Origin: Tubulanus polymorphus
Taxonomy: Eukaryota > Animalia > Nemertea
DNA length: 64,000 bases
NCBI RefSeq assembly: GCF_964204645.1
Contig: NC_134034.1
Span: 3,613,814 to 3,677,813, forward strand
Direction: 5' to 3'
The position numbers and the translations under genes were made by a program. Position 1 is the stretch's first letter. Every line of letters starts with the position of its first letter. A model generated the notes under the pieces. It ran no database searches. It was not told the DNA's origin and saw nothing but the letters and a program-made list of their open reading frames with translations. Below are positions 13,001 to 25,261 of this stretch, piece after piece.

Positions 13001-15980
13001 CAAAACAGTTTTAACATCAAATTCAACAAAAAATGACACATTTGTTTTACGAGAAAATGCGTTTAGATCCGCTGGTTTCGACGGATCGAACTGTACGATT
13101 GGTTGGCTAAGCATAAATAGAAGATGTTATCAAATACTGACAGACTGGAGTAAACATCGAGGTTTAGATATAAAAACTGCGACAGAGATGTGTCATGAAA
13201 TCCGGGGGGAAATAGGCACTGTGATAACCAGTTACTCAGAAACTATGAATTTAATAAGAACATTTCACTATCAGAATCAATATAGTTCTATACTAACGAT
13301 TTCTTCTAATGACACACTTCTAGTTATAAAGCCAATCATCACTAGAGATGAAATTACTTATATTCGATCAGTTAAATGGATAGTAAAACAGTTCGATATC
13401 GCGACAGATATGGCGCATTCTGTTGTGTGTTCATACAATGTTACTGGCGAACAGTTAGCTTCTATTAGCGGTTGTAAATCGTGGCAGTTTAAATGTAGCG
13501 ACCAAAGATGTATCAGCGATCATCGCGTATGTGATACCAGACACGACTGTCTGCACGGCGAAGATGAACTCAATTGTACGAATATAAGTTTATACAGCCA
13601 GTTTAAATGCTATGATGGTCAGCAGGTCATATCAATTAGTGGTTTCTGTGATTTCATACAGGACTGTGTGGATGGTTCTGATGAAAACTCATGTTTTCAT
13701 CCCCCGTGTTCGTCCGAACAATTTCGCTGCAAAAGTGGTCAATGTGTCGGTAGGTCTAACCGATGTGACGGAGTTGGCGATTGTTATGACGCTTCGGATG
13801 AAACGGAATGCACTGCCCAACTGTGTCAAGGGTTTCTATGTAACAGTGGAGACTGTATCAGTTCTCAATTGTATCAGGATGGAGTCGTGGATTGCAGTGG
13901 AAGCCTTGAGGAAGACGAATTAGTAACATCAACTAATGTTACAGTGAATCCCACAGTTCAGTGCAATAATGTGAACCAATGTACAACTAACTTCACAAAT
14001 CTTTGTACAGAATCCGATGAACAAAGATGTTCTTTCGATTCTCCTCATTGTTACTCTAGACGCCACAGATGTATTTTAGAAAGAATGACAAACGGTTACC
14101 CAGTTTGTAGATATCTTGAGCACGTATTGAGATGTGAAGAATTTGAATGTCCAGCTGGTACTGTAAAATGCCCAGCATCGTACTGTATACCAATCAGACA
14201 GGTGTGCGATGGTCAATCAGATTGTCCTAATTCGTACGACGAACAAAACTGCGGGACATTTTCATGTCCAGGAATGTTTAAATGTGGCCTCGAAAATCGA
14301 TGTATTCCGCAATCCGAAGTTTGTGACGGTGTGGTCAATTGTAAACATACATCTGATGACGAGGCTTTCTGCAACGTCACGTGTCCCAGGGGCTGTAAAT
14401 GTCAAGGGCATTTGGTTGATTGTGATGATACTAGTTTAACAACTATAACTAATCTTTTTACGGCATCAACTCGAGTTTTAATTTTGTCAAATACTGGAAT
14501 TCTTCTAAGCGTGTCAAAGTTTTATTCGTTCGTTTATCTTCGTATGCTCAACATCTCATCAAATGGATTGTCGTACGTAATGCCAAACTCGTTCTCAAAC
14601 CTGCATAATCTGCATACGTTAGACCTGACATATAACAACATAACATCACTATCCACAAATACATTCGCTGGTTTGTATAGTTTGAAATATCTGTTCATAA
14701 CCGAAAATCCGCTACGTAATTTAGCGGACGATACCTTCCAAGATCTGAAGTCCCTTAACGATCTCAATCTTCGCGGAATGTCCTTATTAGTGCTCGGTAG
14801 AAATATATTTAGAGGTTTATCTGCATTACAGTCGTTGAATATCAGCGATAACAAAATCCACCATATTTCACGATATGCTTTTGCGGGATTACCCGAACTT
14901 AGAATACTCGATATGACCAACAACTCTAAATTCCTTTCTGCAGAAAGAAGCGTCTTCGACAATCTGACATCATTGGTCTCCTTGACGTCTGATGCTTACA
15001 AATTCTGCTGCTTAGCGCCAAATGTTGACCAGTGCCTTCCCGAAGCCGATCAATTTTCTTCCTGCTCTGACCTGATGGGTAACACGGTTCTCAAAGCGAT
15101 CATCTGGGTCATCGCTTCATTCAGTTTCTTTGCCAACAATATCGTTATTTTATTTCGTTTTCGATCAATTCTACTTACCTCAGTAAAGCGTAACATATCT
15201 TCCGACATCCTTATCATTAATATCGCGGCTTGTGATTTTCTGATGTCGATTTATCTATGTTTGATCGCGGGAGCAGATTACGTTTATAAAGGAATTTATT
15301 TCCTACATTCTGAGACATGGACGGACAGCTTATTGTGTAGTTTTGCTGGTGTTATGGTGACTATTTCCTGTGAAGGCTCATTGACGTTTCTATTTATTCT
15401 AACGCGTCATAGATTCTCAAATATCGTTAATCCATTTTCTCGAAGCCCGATTACATCCCCGAGATACGTGTGCATTATTTGTGTTGTATGTTGGTTATCT
15501 ATAGGTACAGCTTCTACAATACCGCTGTCCCAATCGACTTACTTCGGGAATAATTTCTATGGCACTACTGGAGTTTGTTTACCTATGAATTTGATTTCAA
15601 TCGATGTCAATGCCTGGCAATATTCATTCGCTATTTTTGCTGTATTCAACTCGGTCATACTTGCTACGATAATGGGGACTTACGCGCAAATGTACAGACT
15701 CGTATCCGGAAGCAGGTCTGGTTCGGGTAGAGCTGATCCCACCGAACTGATTTTGGCACGCAGGAGTCTGGTTATAAATCTGTGTAATCTTTTTTGCTGG
15801 CTGCCGTTAATTACCGTTCAGTTTTGTGCTTTATTTCAGGTAGAAATACCGAATCAGGTGGCGGCTTGGCTGGCGGTTCTTTTCTTGCCGATCAACTCGT
15901 CCCTCAATCCCCTTCTTTACACTATTCTCACTATTGATATGAAATCCATACAGGCAAAAACTAAACACCTACGACATTGA
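10010..15980 (+). CDS. GRL101-like LGR (signal peptide, CUB-like domains, 2 C-type lectin domains, ~7 LDLa, LRRNT+LRRs, 7TM), copy 1; exons 10010-11203, 11287-12615, 12714-15980, ~1929 aa
   Basis: Three track ORFs join through phase-0 introns CAG|GTGAGT...tttAG (83 nt) and CAG|GTAAAT...tttAG (98 nt). The join restores the CTLD motif IGL...WTDG..LSYTEW. LDLa DCxDGSDExxC repeats, LxxLxLxxN LRRs, hinge FCC...DQFSSCSDLM and 7TM ending PINSSLNPLLY are present. Alternative start ATG at 10001. Confidence 0.92.
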
Positions 15981-16229
15981 ATAGACTTACTTGAACTAAA
16001 ACACGACCATAATGAGTGCCAATCCTTAAAATAAACTACGGAATTCTGATACCGACGACTCGTGAGGAACGCAAAACCCATTAACCCAAAAGTAATTAAC
16101 AGGCTACGCGACTCAAATGAAACATGATGACAGTTTGATCTGCAAACGCGATAGTTATCAGAAAAAGGGAACGTGCAACGAACCGACTGAAATCTCCGAC
16201 ATTTTATCAGTAAAAGTATAGTCAGAATA

Positions 16230-16598
16230 GAACGATAATCACACTCAAACGTGGTGAACGGATAATAAGATAAAAACCCACTATTTACAGATTAAAAGAA
16301 TTTAAAAACAAGAATTTATTTAATCAAGCTAAAATATATATAAGACACGACGTTTCGATCTCACCCTAAAGATCATCGTCATGCCTTGCCAAACACTAAT
16401 CATTTACTCACTCACTCACCAATTTACTCAATTAACCTGTTCTCCTCTGTATATACCCCCATTTTTAGTCTATCTCACACCTGACGATGATCTCTAGGGT
16501 GAGATCGAAACGTCGTGTCTTATATATATTTTAGATTGAATAAATAAATTCTTGTTTTTAAATTCTTTTAATCTGTAAATAGTGGGTTTTTATCTTAC
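16230..16598. mobile_element. Penelope-like (pLTR-derived) fold-back insertion with hammerhead ribozyme
   Basis: Absent from the homologous site in copy A (~7775). 13-bp TSD TATAGTCAGAATA at 16217-16229 and 16599-16611. ~115-bp inverted arms 16266-16381 and 16482-16597. Confidence 0.8.
16477..16518 (+). ncRNA. Minimal type-I hammerhead ribozyme motif
   Basis: ACAC-CUGACGA-U-GAUCUC(UAGGGU)GAGAUC-GAAA-CG-UC-GUGU. Conserved core, paired stems I and II, palindromic ACGU mini helix III. Confidence 0.78.
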
Positions 16599-17674
16599 TA
16601 TAGTCAGAATATTGAAGAAATTTCCGATTGGAAGCAACAGCAGCGCTCGGATGTGATTGGTCCCAGCGAGAGTATAGTCAAGGAATCCGAAGAAGGCGTG
16701 TGTAAGCCGATGACGAGTTCTGGTGGTATAAGTGACGGTTGTAGTGAAATTGTTCACAGGTTCCAGTGAGGTAACCGCAGTCAACTGATTCATGTTATTA
16801 TCAGGATGCAATCGTCAGGTCGCGGAATGGTTCAGAAGCGCGCGCGTATATGCATTTTTTAGAACACCTAAAATCGATATTTTCATAGAAAGATTGGTAT
16901 TCAGGATATATAGCTCGGAACACAGCGCAATATTTCACATTTCGATGAAGGGTTTTCAGCTTTTCAGGCTTCTGATAGAAAATCCTTTCAGAAACTCTTA
17001 CTGGTAAAATCCCATTATCTATCACGTACATCATCATTCGACCGAAATGAGAATGATATGAGGGAGGTTACCGTTATAGCGTTTCAGCCCAACAGGCCCC
17101 TGCCGAGGGGGATTCGGGTTTCAGCGAACGAACCCCCTAAAACTTTCAAAAGTGCCCTTCGCAAAGCCAGTGTCAAAAAAATGTGGGTCGAGATATTTCG
17201 AAATGTGGATACAATATTATGTTTTTTGGACAGTGAAACGTAATTGACCAGTGACGTATTATCATCGCTCAGTCGATCAATGACATGTTTTAATGAGACG
17301 CTGTTTAAATCAAGTTTAGGTTATCGAAAAAAATTTTAAGATATGTCCTTTTTCAATAAAAAAGTGCTCCTTTTCGCGTACGTAACAAGGTGCCCTTTGC
17401 GTTGAAATCGAACTGCTCCTCAAAAAAGCTCGGCACAAAGGCATGAAGAATCGAACTTGAATTTTTCGAGTAGGCCTACCTACGTAAATTTATACGTTTA
17501 TTGAAAATGTGGTTTTACAATGACCGATTCTTTAAGTATATATGTAATATGGCTGCCCAGGAAGTGTCTTCTTGTTCTTCGGACCTCATATAAGTAAGTT
17601 TTTTTTTTCATATTAATAAAGAAAGAAACTCGACTAAAACTGAACATAGGTAGCGCTTGTGCGGAGATCTGTAT

Positions 17675-17880
17675 TTTTTTCACACCCTTAACCCGCTAAG
17701 CGCCACACAGGGCATCGTAAGCCGGTTCGATGTTTCTTTTTTCCCAATGTGGGAGAGACCAGAGAAGAACCTTCGACCAAGAAACTCTGTCGCCACCCGG
17801 GTTTGAACCCATAAATCCTGGATTGACGAGTTGACGAGACCAGTGACCGGCGGCTTAAAACACTCGGCCACTGCGCCTCA
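17675..17880 (-). mobile_element. tRNA-derived SINE (duplicate of 8845-9040)
   Basis: Same A/B boxes and TSDs (17652-17674, 17881-17903). Confidence 0.8.
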
Positions 17881-18865
17881 AGCGCTCGTGTGGGGACCTG
17901 TATGGTGGCTAATTCGGGGCATACCAAAAAAAAAAATTCGAGTACAGCTAGAGGTATAATTTTTTATTGGTACTTTTTGTGCGATGATTGGTTTTGATTT
18001 AGTTCGGTCCACTAGCAATATTTCAGTGACACCCTACTGTTTTGACTGGTAAAATCATTAACCTGGGATGCATAAGAGCTTACCGTATTTTACCTTACCG
18101 GAATTTTCATATATACATTTTGCCTCAAGGGGGTCAGAAAACGCCCCTATCAAGCTTCGAATATCAAAAATTAAGACTATTCAAGAATATTCGAGTCATT
18201 TCAAGAATTCGGAAATATGCTCGTTTGCCTTCGGCGCTCGACGGATGCGGTGCAAAGTATGGCATATAGCGACGCTTGTTTTAATCACGACCCCTCCCCC
18301 CTTAAAACGGAATATGGTTTCGTCGCGGGTGATAATATCCAAGTGCCAGTTTAATAGACTGGTATCAACTTTAAACAAGGGGCTAACTTAATTCATTTTC
18401 AGTCAAGTTAACCCCGGGTTAAAGTTAATACCAGTCTATAAAACGGCCCCAATATTTTAATGAAATCTACTGAATTTGAAGGGAATATAGAATATGATTT
18501 TGTACGTGTACATCCCAACCATGACCATGGTATATATGGAGGAAAAGAGAGTATTTGCAATCATTGCAGACAGAAACTTTTTATATTTGGATTATTATTG
18601 GACATCGATATAACGACGCATGGAAACATGAAACCGAAAGTAGCTGCTCAAATCGATGGTTATTCCTGGGAAGTTTGTCGTTTGAGTCAGAGTAAACGCT
18701 AATGAGAGAACCGTAAAAAATCTTTCCACGACGAATTCTAAAATTCGTTTCATGAGCAAGAAATGTAAAATTCTGCATCAGTTATGCATTAGACCTGAAG
18801 ATCTGCGAACAACCGAGCAAAATATCGTGAATTAATTTAATTGCATTATCGTGTTGATGTTCGGT

Positions 18866-21800
18866 ATGGAGCAGCGACTGAGAGCGCTGTTTATAGCGTC
18901 GCTGATCGTCTGTCAAGTTCGCATCGCACGCGCTGATCGCGCAGACTCTATCGAGGAATCGTCTGTGACGGTGAGTTCGTCTTGTAACAACACGTGGTAC
19001 GCCCTAGACTCTACGTCCGGTTACATCGTTTCACCGAATTATCCGTCGTTAACGCGCGGCGTTGAATGTCGTTGGTTCATCAACAGTTATTTACCGGGTA
19101 CTTTTCACGTCCAAGTTTACTACGACATCGAGACGTCAGTATTCTGCAACGGTAACTACTTCTACGAAACCGATAACAGATTCTGCGGCGATGGAAAACA
19201 CGAAATCCGCCGCAACGATTCGATCTCGTTGATGTTGCGGATTGAAGTCGACGCTGCGCGAGGTAGTCGGGTTTATATCATGTATCGTCATGAAAGAAGC
19301 CGATTGAAAATTAGTCACAACTGCAGAAAATATAGACTCAGATTGAATCATATGCAAACATCGAAGGGACAGAAATTCAATTTGATATTTGGATCTTGTC
19401 AATTGTTCCTGGAATGGATCGGGATGCCTGATGGTTTAGCGATGAATTTAACGTTTGTCGATTTTGCCTTCTCGTCTAGTTCTCATCAGGTCCCTTTTCG
19501 GATTCATGACGGATGGAACAGCAGCAGTGAACCATTAGCTCTCATACGACAACAAACCGGCCATCCACCTTCATCATTTTATACTAAAACAAACAAAGCT
19601 ACTTTAGTATCGCAGAAAATTTCTATCAAGTCACAGCTTTTAGTTCAGATATACAAGATATCAGATTGGAACGTCTCTCATCCTTTGATTCAGATTTTTC
19701 ATAATGTGTCGGGAGTGCTCATTCCCGATGACAACAGCTTACACGTAATAACTCGATCAAAACACTTACACTGCTGGTCTATCACGGTGCAGGTGTTACA
19801 GTACGTCGTCTTCAACTGGACACATGATTTCGTCACATCCGGTGACGTCATTGGTGTATATAATCTAGAAGGGTTACGTGTTGTAGGAACTGATATTTTA
19901 CTCGGTTACAACTACCTGGAATCACTGAGTGTCAAATCTGACGGCTTTCTTATTGTATTGTGCGTATTAAAGAGAATGTTTCATGAATTCTTGAGTGTAA
20001 AAATATATTACCAAATGAAAACAATTTCAATGGCTGATATGAAGGTTAACAATCGTCAGGTGAGTAACAGCGAAGCTAGTTTCAACTATTCAAAAATTAT
20101 GTCAATTACATAACACGAAGTTAATGGCTTATTTACGTTTAGGTATCCGAGAGTCGATTAAGATATATGACGCCGAACACATTGTTCCCAAGACGAAGGG
20201 ACCCGAAGACCACGATGAATTATAGCATCACTAAACACGAGTTTCGATGGAAAGTTAACATTTATGAAGAGACCTTAGAACTAAAAGTTTCATCAGAGAA
20301 CTGCGATCGAGCCGGATTTTACATATTTGACGGCGGTAATTTCACGGCTAGACGCTACGGTCCGTATTGTCCTCGTTTACGGACATACGACCGTAACGTC
20401 GTCAGCCTTGTTTCATCAGGTGGACCGGTTACTGTAGTAGCATACGCTTACAACTGGGATGATCAGTTAGCAGTCGATACGAAGTCATTTCTCAGATTTC
20501 GTCCAACTGACTGCGACGGTTATGTCTTAAAGGAGGGGGAACTTCAGATATCCATGACGTCACAGTGTCTCGTGATTACCCCTGAAAACCGACGCCTTCC
20601 TTTGAAAAACATTTATATATTGTCGGAACACGAGTATCAAATTGACCGGTGTTTTCCGAATCATTTATCATTCGGGTCATGTAGCAGGTATTTGAGAGCG
20701 AGTAGTCAGTTTCTCGATAACGGTCTCATCGTATTAAACACGGTGAAAATACGATTCGCGGATCCATTCTGGAGAATTCCATTAATTGTTAAACTACGAC
20801 GTAAATGTCAGCTATCAAAGAAACCCGAGACAGAATTACTTGAATTGTCCATATTGAAAGATGAATGCGGGATTGTGCAATCGCTAAATTACCCAGGATC
20901 TTCTGAATATCAATTTCAACCGTTATATTTCAAGTTTTTCCAAGCGTCAAAACGTGAGAAATTTCCATATTTCAGATTTGTTATCAAACACATTGAAAGG
21001 ACACCGTGCTTTAAATCATCTTCCAAAGACAAAGATCCAATTTTTTACAAACAAAGGATTGAGTCGAACGCCAAAATTCAACACGAAAATCAAATATGCG
21101 ACGAAAATGCGATACCGGGAATCGTATTTTATAGTCTTATCGATTACAACCTCTGGTTCGAGGTGAAAAGCTTTGTCCCCAGTTTTCGAGTACAATACAT
21201 GTTAGAAAAGTCGTTACCGGTGAAACTGATTGAAAATATCTGTAAATCGGGATTTCTAGATTCGGGGATTTCCTGCGTAAAATACATCCGAGATGAACGC
21301 CTGAATTGGGAGAATGCTGAACTGTACTGCAGACAAAAGTATGCGGGCCATCTACTCAGTATCAACTCGGAGCAGGAAATGATTGCTATTAAAACCTTAT
21401 TCGCTACAAAACTTCTTAAAACTGCATATTCACAGAAAGCGCTTATAATGATGATCGGATTAAAACTGCAGGTAAATGTTATGATATCTTTGTTCAAAAT
21501 CATACCTTGGATATCCTTGATTGTGGAAAAATTGACTTTTTATCTTAAAATTCCAATTTTACGTTTTAGTTTAGTAGATACACGTGGACTGATGGCAAAC
21601 CACTGAGCTACACAGAGTGGTATAAGCCTACAAATAACGACACGATACCAGACGTTATTCGAGGATTGATATCTCCTCTAAGAAAACAACCGGTAAATGA
21701 TGTAGATATGCCGTGTACGGCGATGATACTGAATAATCCACGAGGATCGGCGAACTGGGTTCGATTTCCCTGCAAAATTGAAGAGGTTCACACGAGTTTC

Positions 21801-24800
21801 ATTTGTGAATCGGAAAAAGTCGACATCGAAAATACAGAAAAATGGACAAATAGAAACAAAACAGTTTTAACATCAAATTCAACAAAAAATGACACATTTG
21901 TTTTACGAGAAAATGCGTTTAGATACGCTGGTTTCGACGGATCGAACTGTACGATTGGTTGGGTAAGCATAAATAGAAGATGTTATCAAATACTGACAGA
22001 CTGGAGTAAACATCGAGGTTTAGATATAAAAACTGCGACAGAGATGTGTCATGAAATCCGGGGGGAAATAGGCACTGTGATAACCAGTTACTCAGAAACT
22101 ATGAATTTAATAAGAACATTTCACTATCAGAATCAATATAGTTCTATACTAACGATTTCTTCTAATGACACACTTCTAGTTATAAAGCCAATAATCACTA
22201 GAGATGAAATTACTTATATTCGATCAGTTAAATGGATAGTAAAACAGTTCGATAATGCGACAGATATGGCGCATTCTGTTGTGTGTTCATACAATGTTAC
22301 TGGCGAACAGTTAGCTTCTATTAGCGGTTGTAAATCGTGGCAGTTTAAATGTAGCGACCAAAGATGTATCAGCGATCATCGCGTATGTGATACCAGACAC
22401 GACTGTCAGCACGGCGAAGATGAACTCAATTGTACGAATATAAGTTTATACAGCCAGTTTAAATGCTATGATGGTCAGCAGGTCATATCAATTAGTGGTT
22501 TCTGTGATTTCATACAGGACTGTGTGGATGGTTCTGATGAAAACTCATGTTTTCATCCCCCGTGTTCGTCCGAACAATTTCGCTGCAAAAGTGGTCAATG
22601 TGTCGGTAGGTCTAACCGATGTGACGGAGTTGGCGATTGTTATGACGCTTCGGATGAAACGGAATGCACTGCCCAACTGTGTCAAGGGTTTCTATGTATC
22701 AGTGGAGACTGTATCAGTTCTCAATTGTATCAGGATGGAGTCGTGGATTGCAGTGGAAGCCTTGAGGAAGACGAATTAGTAACATCAACTAATGTTACAG
22801 TGAATCCCACAGTTCAGTGCAATAATGTGAACCAATGTACAACTAACTTCACAAATCTTTGTACAGAATCCGATGAACAAAGATGTTCTTTCGATTCTCC
22901 TCATTGTTACTCTAGACGCCACAGATGTATTTTAGAAAGAATGACAAACGGTTACCCAGTTTGTAGATATCTTGAGCACGTATTGAGATGTGAAGAATTT
23001 GAATGTCCAGCTGGTACTGTAAAATGCCCAGCATCGTACTGTATACCAATCAGACAGGTGTGCGATGGTCAATCAGATTGTCCTAATTCAGAAGACGAAC
23101 AAAACTGCGGGACATTTTCATGTCCAGGAATGTTTAAATGTGGCCTCGAAAATCGATGTATTCCGCAATCCGAAGTTTGTGACGGTGTGGTCAATTGTAA
23201 ACATACATCTGATGACGAGGCTTTCTGCAACGTCACGTGTCCCAGGGGCTGTAAATGTCAAGGGCATTTGGTTGATTGTGATGATACTAGTTTAACAACT
23301 ATTACTAATCTTTTTACGGCATCAACTCGAGTTTTAATTTTGTCAAATAATGGAATTCTTCTAAGCGTGTCAAAGTTTTCTTCGTTCGTTTATCTTCGTA
23401 TGCTCAACATCTCATCCAATGGATTGTCGTACGTAATGCCAAACTCGTTCTCAAATCTGCATAATCTGCGTACGTTAGACCTGACATATAACAACATAAC
23501 ATCACTATCCACAAATACATTCGCTGGTTTGTATAGTTTGAAATATCTGTTCATAACCGAAAATCCGCTACGTAATTTAGCGGACGATACCTTCCAAGAT
23601 CTGAAGTCCCTTAACGATCTCAATCTTCGCGGAATGTCCTTATTAGTGCTCGGTAGAAATATATTTAGAGGTTTATCTGCATTACAGTCGTTGAATATCA
23701 GCGATAACAAAATGCACCATATTTCACGATATGCTTTTGCGGGATTACCCGAACTTAGAATACTCGATATGACCAACAACTCTAAATTCCTTTCTGCAGA
23801 AAGAAGCGTCTTCGACAATCTGACATCATTGGTCTCCTTGACGTCTGATGCTTACAAATTCTGCTGCTTAGCGCCAAATGTTGACCAGTGCCTTCCCGAA
23901 GCCGATCAATTTTCTTCCTGCTCTGACCTGATGGGTAACACGGTTCTCAAAGCGATCATCTGGGTCATCGCTTCATTCAGTTTCTTTGCCAACAATATCG
24001 TTATTTTATTTCGTTTTCGATCAATTCTACTTACCTCAGTAAAGCGTAACATATCTTCCGACATCCTTATCATTAATATCGCGGCTTGTGATTTTCTGAT
24101 GTCGATTTATCTATTTTTGATCGCGGGAGCAGATTACGTTTATAAAGGAATTTATTTCCTACATTCTGAGACATGGACGGACAGCTTATTGTGTAGTTTT
24201 GCTGGCGTTATGGTGACTATTTCCTGTGAAGGCTCATTGACGTTTCTATTTATTCTAACGCGTCATAGATTCTCAAATATCGTTAATCCATTTTCTGGAA
24301 GCCCGATTACATCCCCGAGATACGTGTGCATTATTTGTGTTGTATGTTGGTTATCTATAGGTACAGCTTCTACAATACCGCTGTCCCAATCGACTTACTT
24401 CGGGAATAATTTCTATGGCACTACTGGAGTTTGTTTACCTATGAATTTGATTTCAATCGATGTCAATGCCTGGCAATATTCATTCGCTATTTTTGCTGTA
24501 TTCAACTCGGTCATACTTGCTACGATAATGGGGACTTACGCGCAAATGTACAGACTCGTATCCGGAAGCAGGTCTGGTTCGGGTAGAGCTGATCCCACCG
24601 AACTGATTTTGGCACGCAGGAGTCTGGTTATAAATCTGTGTAATCTTTTTTGCTGGCTGCCTTTAATTACCGTTCAGTTTTGTGCGTTATTTCAGGTAGA
24701 AATACCGAATCAGGTGGCGGCTTGGCTGGCGGTTCTTTTCTTGCCGATCAACTCGTCCCTCAATCCCCTTCTTTACACCATTCTAACTATTGATGTGAAA

Positions 24801-24836
24801 TCCATACAGGCAAAAACAAAACGCCTACGACATTGA
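18866..24836 (+). CDS. GRL101-like LGR, copy 2; exons 18866-20059, 20143-21471, 21570-24836
   Basis: Open frames and identical splice sites to copy 1 at offset 8856. About 43 amino-acid differences by manual comparison. Confidence 0.92.
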
Positions 24837-25016
24837 ATAGACTTACGTGAACTAAAACACGACCATCATGAGTGCCAATCCTTAAGAATAAACTACGGAA
24901 TTCTGATACCGACGACTCGTGAGCAACGCGACAATAACGAGGCATTGTTTAAACTATCAACAAAAGAATATTCGATAGATCCATCAACCCAGAAGTAATC
25001 GACAGTAATAGAATGC

Positions 25017-25261
25017 GAATACGAATACGAATACGAATAGGATACGAATATTTATTACACTCCAACCATTTCCATGTTATATGGAGGAAAAAACAATGTT
25101 TACAATTACATAAACCATAATAAAACGCATTTGAAACTTAATAAACTGGGCTCACACTTATATACATACAAGTACTAATTACGATACATATAAAATACAT
25201 ACGAATACGAATACGAATTTTTATTACACTCCAACCATTTCCATGGTTTATGGAGGAAAAA
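25017..25261 (-). repeat. Two direct copies of a probable non-LTR retrotransposon 3' end with (ATTCGT)n tail
   Basis: (TACGAA)n-TTTATTACACTCCAACCATTTCCATG..TATGGAGGAAAA at ~25017-25092 and ~25199-25261. On the minus strand AATAAA is followed by (ATTCGT)n. Confidence 0.5.

Larger units (their letters stand above)
16107..16811 (-). pseudogene. Truncated duplicate of the 6730-7986 GPCR (N-terminus to TM2 only)
   Basis: Same N-terminus MHPDNNMNQLTAV... Interrupted by the 16230-16598 insertion, carries an indel near 16162 and is cut by the duplication junction. Confidence 0.88.
7665..25005 (+). repeat. Tandem segmental duplication: unit A ~7665-16102, unit B ~16107-25005
   Basis: Collinear near-identity with constant offset 8856 across the LGR coding region. 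Junction at ~16107: cgcgactcaaatgaaacatg matches 7665 cgcgaatcaaatgaaacatg. Confidence 0.93.

Noticed and set aside
14534-14962. 142-aa antisense ORF (duplicate at 23390-23818)
   Set aside because: Shadow of the LRR coding strand with no independent features.
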